Positions 62,382 to 64,000 of a stretch of 64,000 nucleotides of DNA are shown here, piece by piece. The notes beneath the pieces are model-generated. The model made no database searches and was not told the DNA's origin. It saw only the letters and a list, made by a program, of their open reading frames with translations. The stretch comes from an uncultured Pseudomonadota bacterium. Its GTDB lineage: Bacteria > Pseudomonadota > Alphaproteobacteria > UBA9219. Positions within the stretch are counted from its first letter, which is position 1; the number at the start of each line of letters is the position of its first letter. The stretch is taken from the NCBI GenBank assembly GCA_903919315.1, contig CAIXHP010000042.1, positions 24,884 through 88,883 of the forward strand, given 5' to 3'. Both the position numbers and the translations under genes were made by a program.

Positions 62382-64000
62382 TCAAGCCCCTAAATGAATG
62401 TTGACCGTTGCGACGAGATTGGTCGCATCATAGGCCACATGTCCAGCGTTAGAATAGAAGCGCCACGTTGTATCTGTTCCCGTATGAACCGGGTTCTGCA
62501 CGGCACTAAGCGCGCCCGTGCCAGCCCCAAGCGTAGCCAGAAAATTGTCGCCGCTGTCGAGCTTCAGCGTCAATATGGATCCATTGCCCGCGTCGACGAT
62601 GTTTTGAATGTCGAGCGCACTGAGGTAATATGTGGGGTGGACGGCATTTACCGTTGAACCGGTGGTGATGGTGAGGCTCGACCCTGTCGTGTTAATTGTG
62701 TCTGTGCCAACGCGGACGTCGATTGTTTCAATGCCGACGAATTTAGCGTTGCAGGCCGTGTTGACTGCCGGGGTTGAACTGCTAAATGGGCTGGTGGCTC
62801 CAAAGGCATTGCCCGCTGCGGTTGTGGCGCCCCATCCCGGACAACGCAAAGTATCTGCCCCGGCGCCTCCGTTTATGACAAGCGCGCTTGCGAGCTGTGT
62901 CGGCGTTTCATAGAAAATATCGCCATTGCTGCCGCCGTAAAGAGAATCCGCGCCGCCGCCGCCAGCGATAATGTTGCCGCCGCCGTACCCTCGAATGACG
63001 TTGGCGTTTCCATCGCCGTACAGAACATGGTCAAACCCGCTGGTGCCGCTGGAATAATCGCCACCGTTGAGGTTTTGGATGCTGCTTTGATGCAGGCCGT
63101 TCGCGTTGTCGACGGTTTGTATCGTGCTGTAGTATTTGTTGGCACCAGATGTCACGCGCGTGTTGAAGGGCAGTGTTCCGCCCCAGAACGCGGCCTGATC
63201 GCCGCCTGCGCCCGTGCTGAAGAAGTTTCCGTTGGCGAGGAACGCTTCGACACCCGCTGTCGCGGCCGCGCTGTACCCGGCCAACACGCCACTGTAAGCG
63301 TTCGAGAGGGTCTCGAAATTCAAAGTGTTGTTGAGGTCGGTTCCGGCATTGATGGTGTTCGAGCCTTCGATAATCGTGATGATATCGGCCCCGCTGCCGG
63401 TGATGATCGTGTTCGCGCCTCCGCGCGCGTTAATCTGGTCGCCGTTGTTGTCGCCGACGATATAGTCGCTTCCACCATAGCCGACAATGAATTTTACGCC
63501 GGAGAGTCGCGTAATGGGGCTCGTGTTTGGGTTGTTGGCGTTGCCGTAACCATAGGCAAACCCTGTATAGGTCGTGCCGCCCCACGTGAGATTGACCGTT
63601 GCTGTTAACGGCCGCGTGTCGAGAGATTTGTCCAAAACAACGGAAATATTAAAATTTTGATTGTAATTATAAGCATAAAAAATATTCGTTCCTAATCCAG
63701 CAACGAAGGCATCGTTGCCTGCGCTCATGTAGTATGCGTAAGTTGAGCCAGCCGCAGTTCCTCCGAAAAAGTAATCACTGGCACTGTTGCCGTAATACAT
63801 AAAGCTGCTAGATCCAGCGTAGACAATGCTGTTATAGTTGGGCGCATCAATGCGGGCAACATAGGTGTTTGTTCCTGAAATGGGCATGAAATAATCGCCC
63901 GTCGACCACGAATTGGCATCGTTGGCCGTCAACCCCCAGTTGGTACCGCTGTAGGCGGCGACTGTGACAGACTGCGCGTAGAGTGAACTTGTAAATGTGC
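62382..64000 (-). CDS. RTX-like Gly/Asn/Thr-rich secreted protein (type I secretion substrate), N-terminally truncated by the window edge
   Basis: The frame is open to position 64000 (...TFTSSLYAQSVTVAAYSGTNWGLTANDANSW...). Nonapeptide-like GGxGxD repeats occur (GYGGGNIIAGGGGADSLYGGSNGDIF). There are no Cys-rich regions and the C-terminus is acidic and hydrophobic, consistent with a T1SS signal. Confidence 0.75.
   Translation of the reverse strand, partial: TFTSSLYAQSVTVAAYSGTNWGLTANDANSWSTGDYFMPISGTNTYVARIDAPNYNSIVYAGSSSFMYYGNSASDYFFGGTAAGSTYAYYMSAGNDAFVAGLGTNIFYAYNYNQNFNISVVLDKSLDTRPLTATVNLTWGGTTYTGFAYGYGNANNPNTSPITRLSGVKFIVGYGGSDYIVGDNNGDQINARGGANTIITGSGADIITIIEGSNTINAGTDLNNTLNFETLSNAYSGVLAGYSAAATAGVEAFLANGNFFSTGAGGDQAAFWGGTLPFNTRVTSGANKYYSTIQTVDNANGLHQSSIQNLNGGDYSSGTSGFDHVLYGDGNANVIRGYGGGNIIAGGGGADSLYGGSNGDIFYETPTQLASALVINGGAGADTLRCPGWGATTAAGNAFGATSPFSSSTPAVNTACNAKFVGIETIDVRVGTDTINTTGSSLTITTGSTVNAVHPTYYLSALDIQNIVDAGNGSILTLKLDSGDNFLATLGAGTGALSAVQNPVHTGTDTTWRFYSNAGHVAYDATNLVATVNIHLGA

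Overview
The window reads as a high-GC (about 65%) alphaproteobacterial chromosome segment; the gene content and syntenies (ppiD-trpE, gcrA, mreBCD-mrdA, hemCD-hemX-hemY, PEP-CTERM-type EPS export genes) suggest Rhodospirillales or an acetic-acid-bacterium-like organism. Most of it is housekeeping: partial trpE, ppiD, tpiA, parC, murI, nfu, murB, murC, parE, gcrA, icd, terC, mreBCD-mrdA, hemCD-hemX-hemY, a peroxiredoxin, cspA, ubiH, tRNA-Arg(CCG), ybaK/proX-like, epmA-like, dapD, tsaB, rimI and accA. Accessory content is interleaved:
- A PEP-CTERM/exosortase-style exopolysaccharide export module (Wza-like exporter, outer-membrane barrel, chain-length determinant, tyrosine-kinase-like ATPase and a divergent ExeA-like AAA ATPase). 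A GT2 glycosyltransferase and a sigma54-dependent response regulator lie nearby.
- An RsbU/RsbV/RsbW-type partner-switching module.
- A NitT/TauT ABC transporter with two paralogous binding-protein genes, one of them lacking a signal peptide.
- Several low-GC islets: a stand-alone B3/4 (PheT-editing-like) domain protein; an asparaginase-family protein with a long unknown C-terminal extension; an HD-motif orphan; an orphan gene on the opposite strand between mreB and mreC; and a type I secretion island (RTX-like substrate, ABC exporter, fasciclin protein and a family-3 binding protein).
- A family of GC-rich palindromic repeats, including a tandem pair of about 150-bp palindromic units between murC and parE and a MITE-like element with perfect 28-bp inverted repeats.
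No CRISPR array, transposase, integrase or recognisable defence genes were seen. The high GC makes the six-frame track produce many long antisense ORFs; these were discarded. TrpE is absent from the track only because it runs off the window edge.
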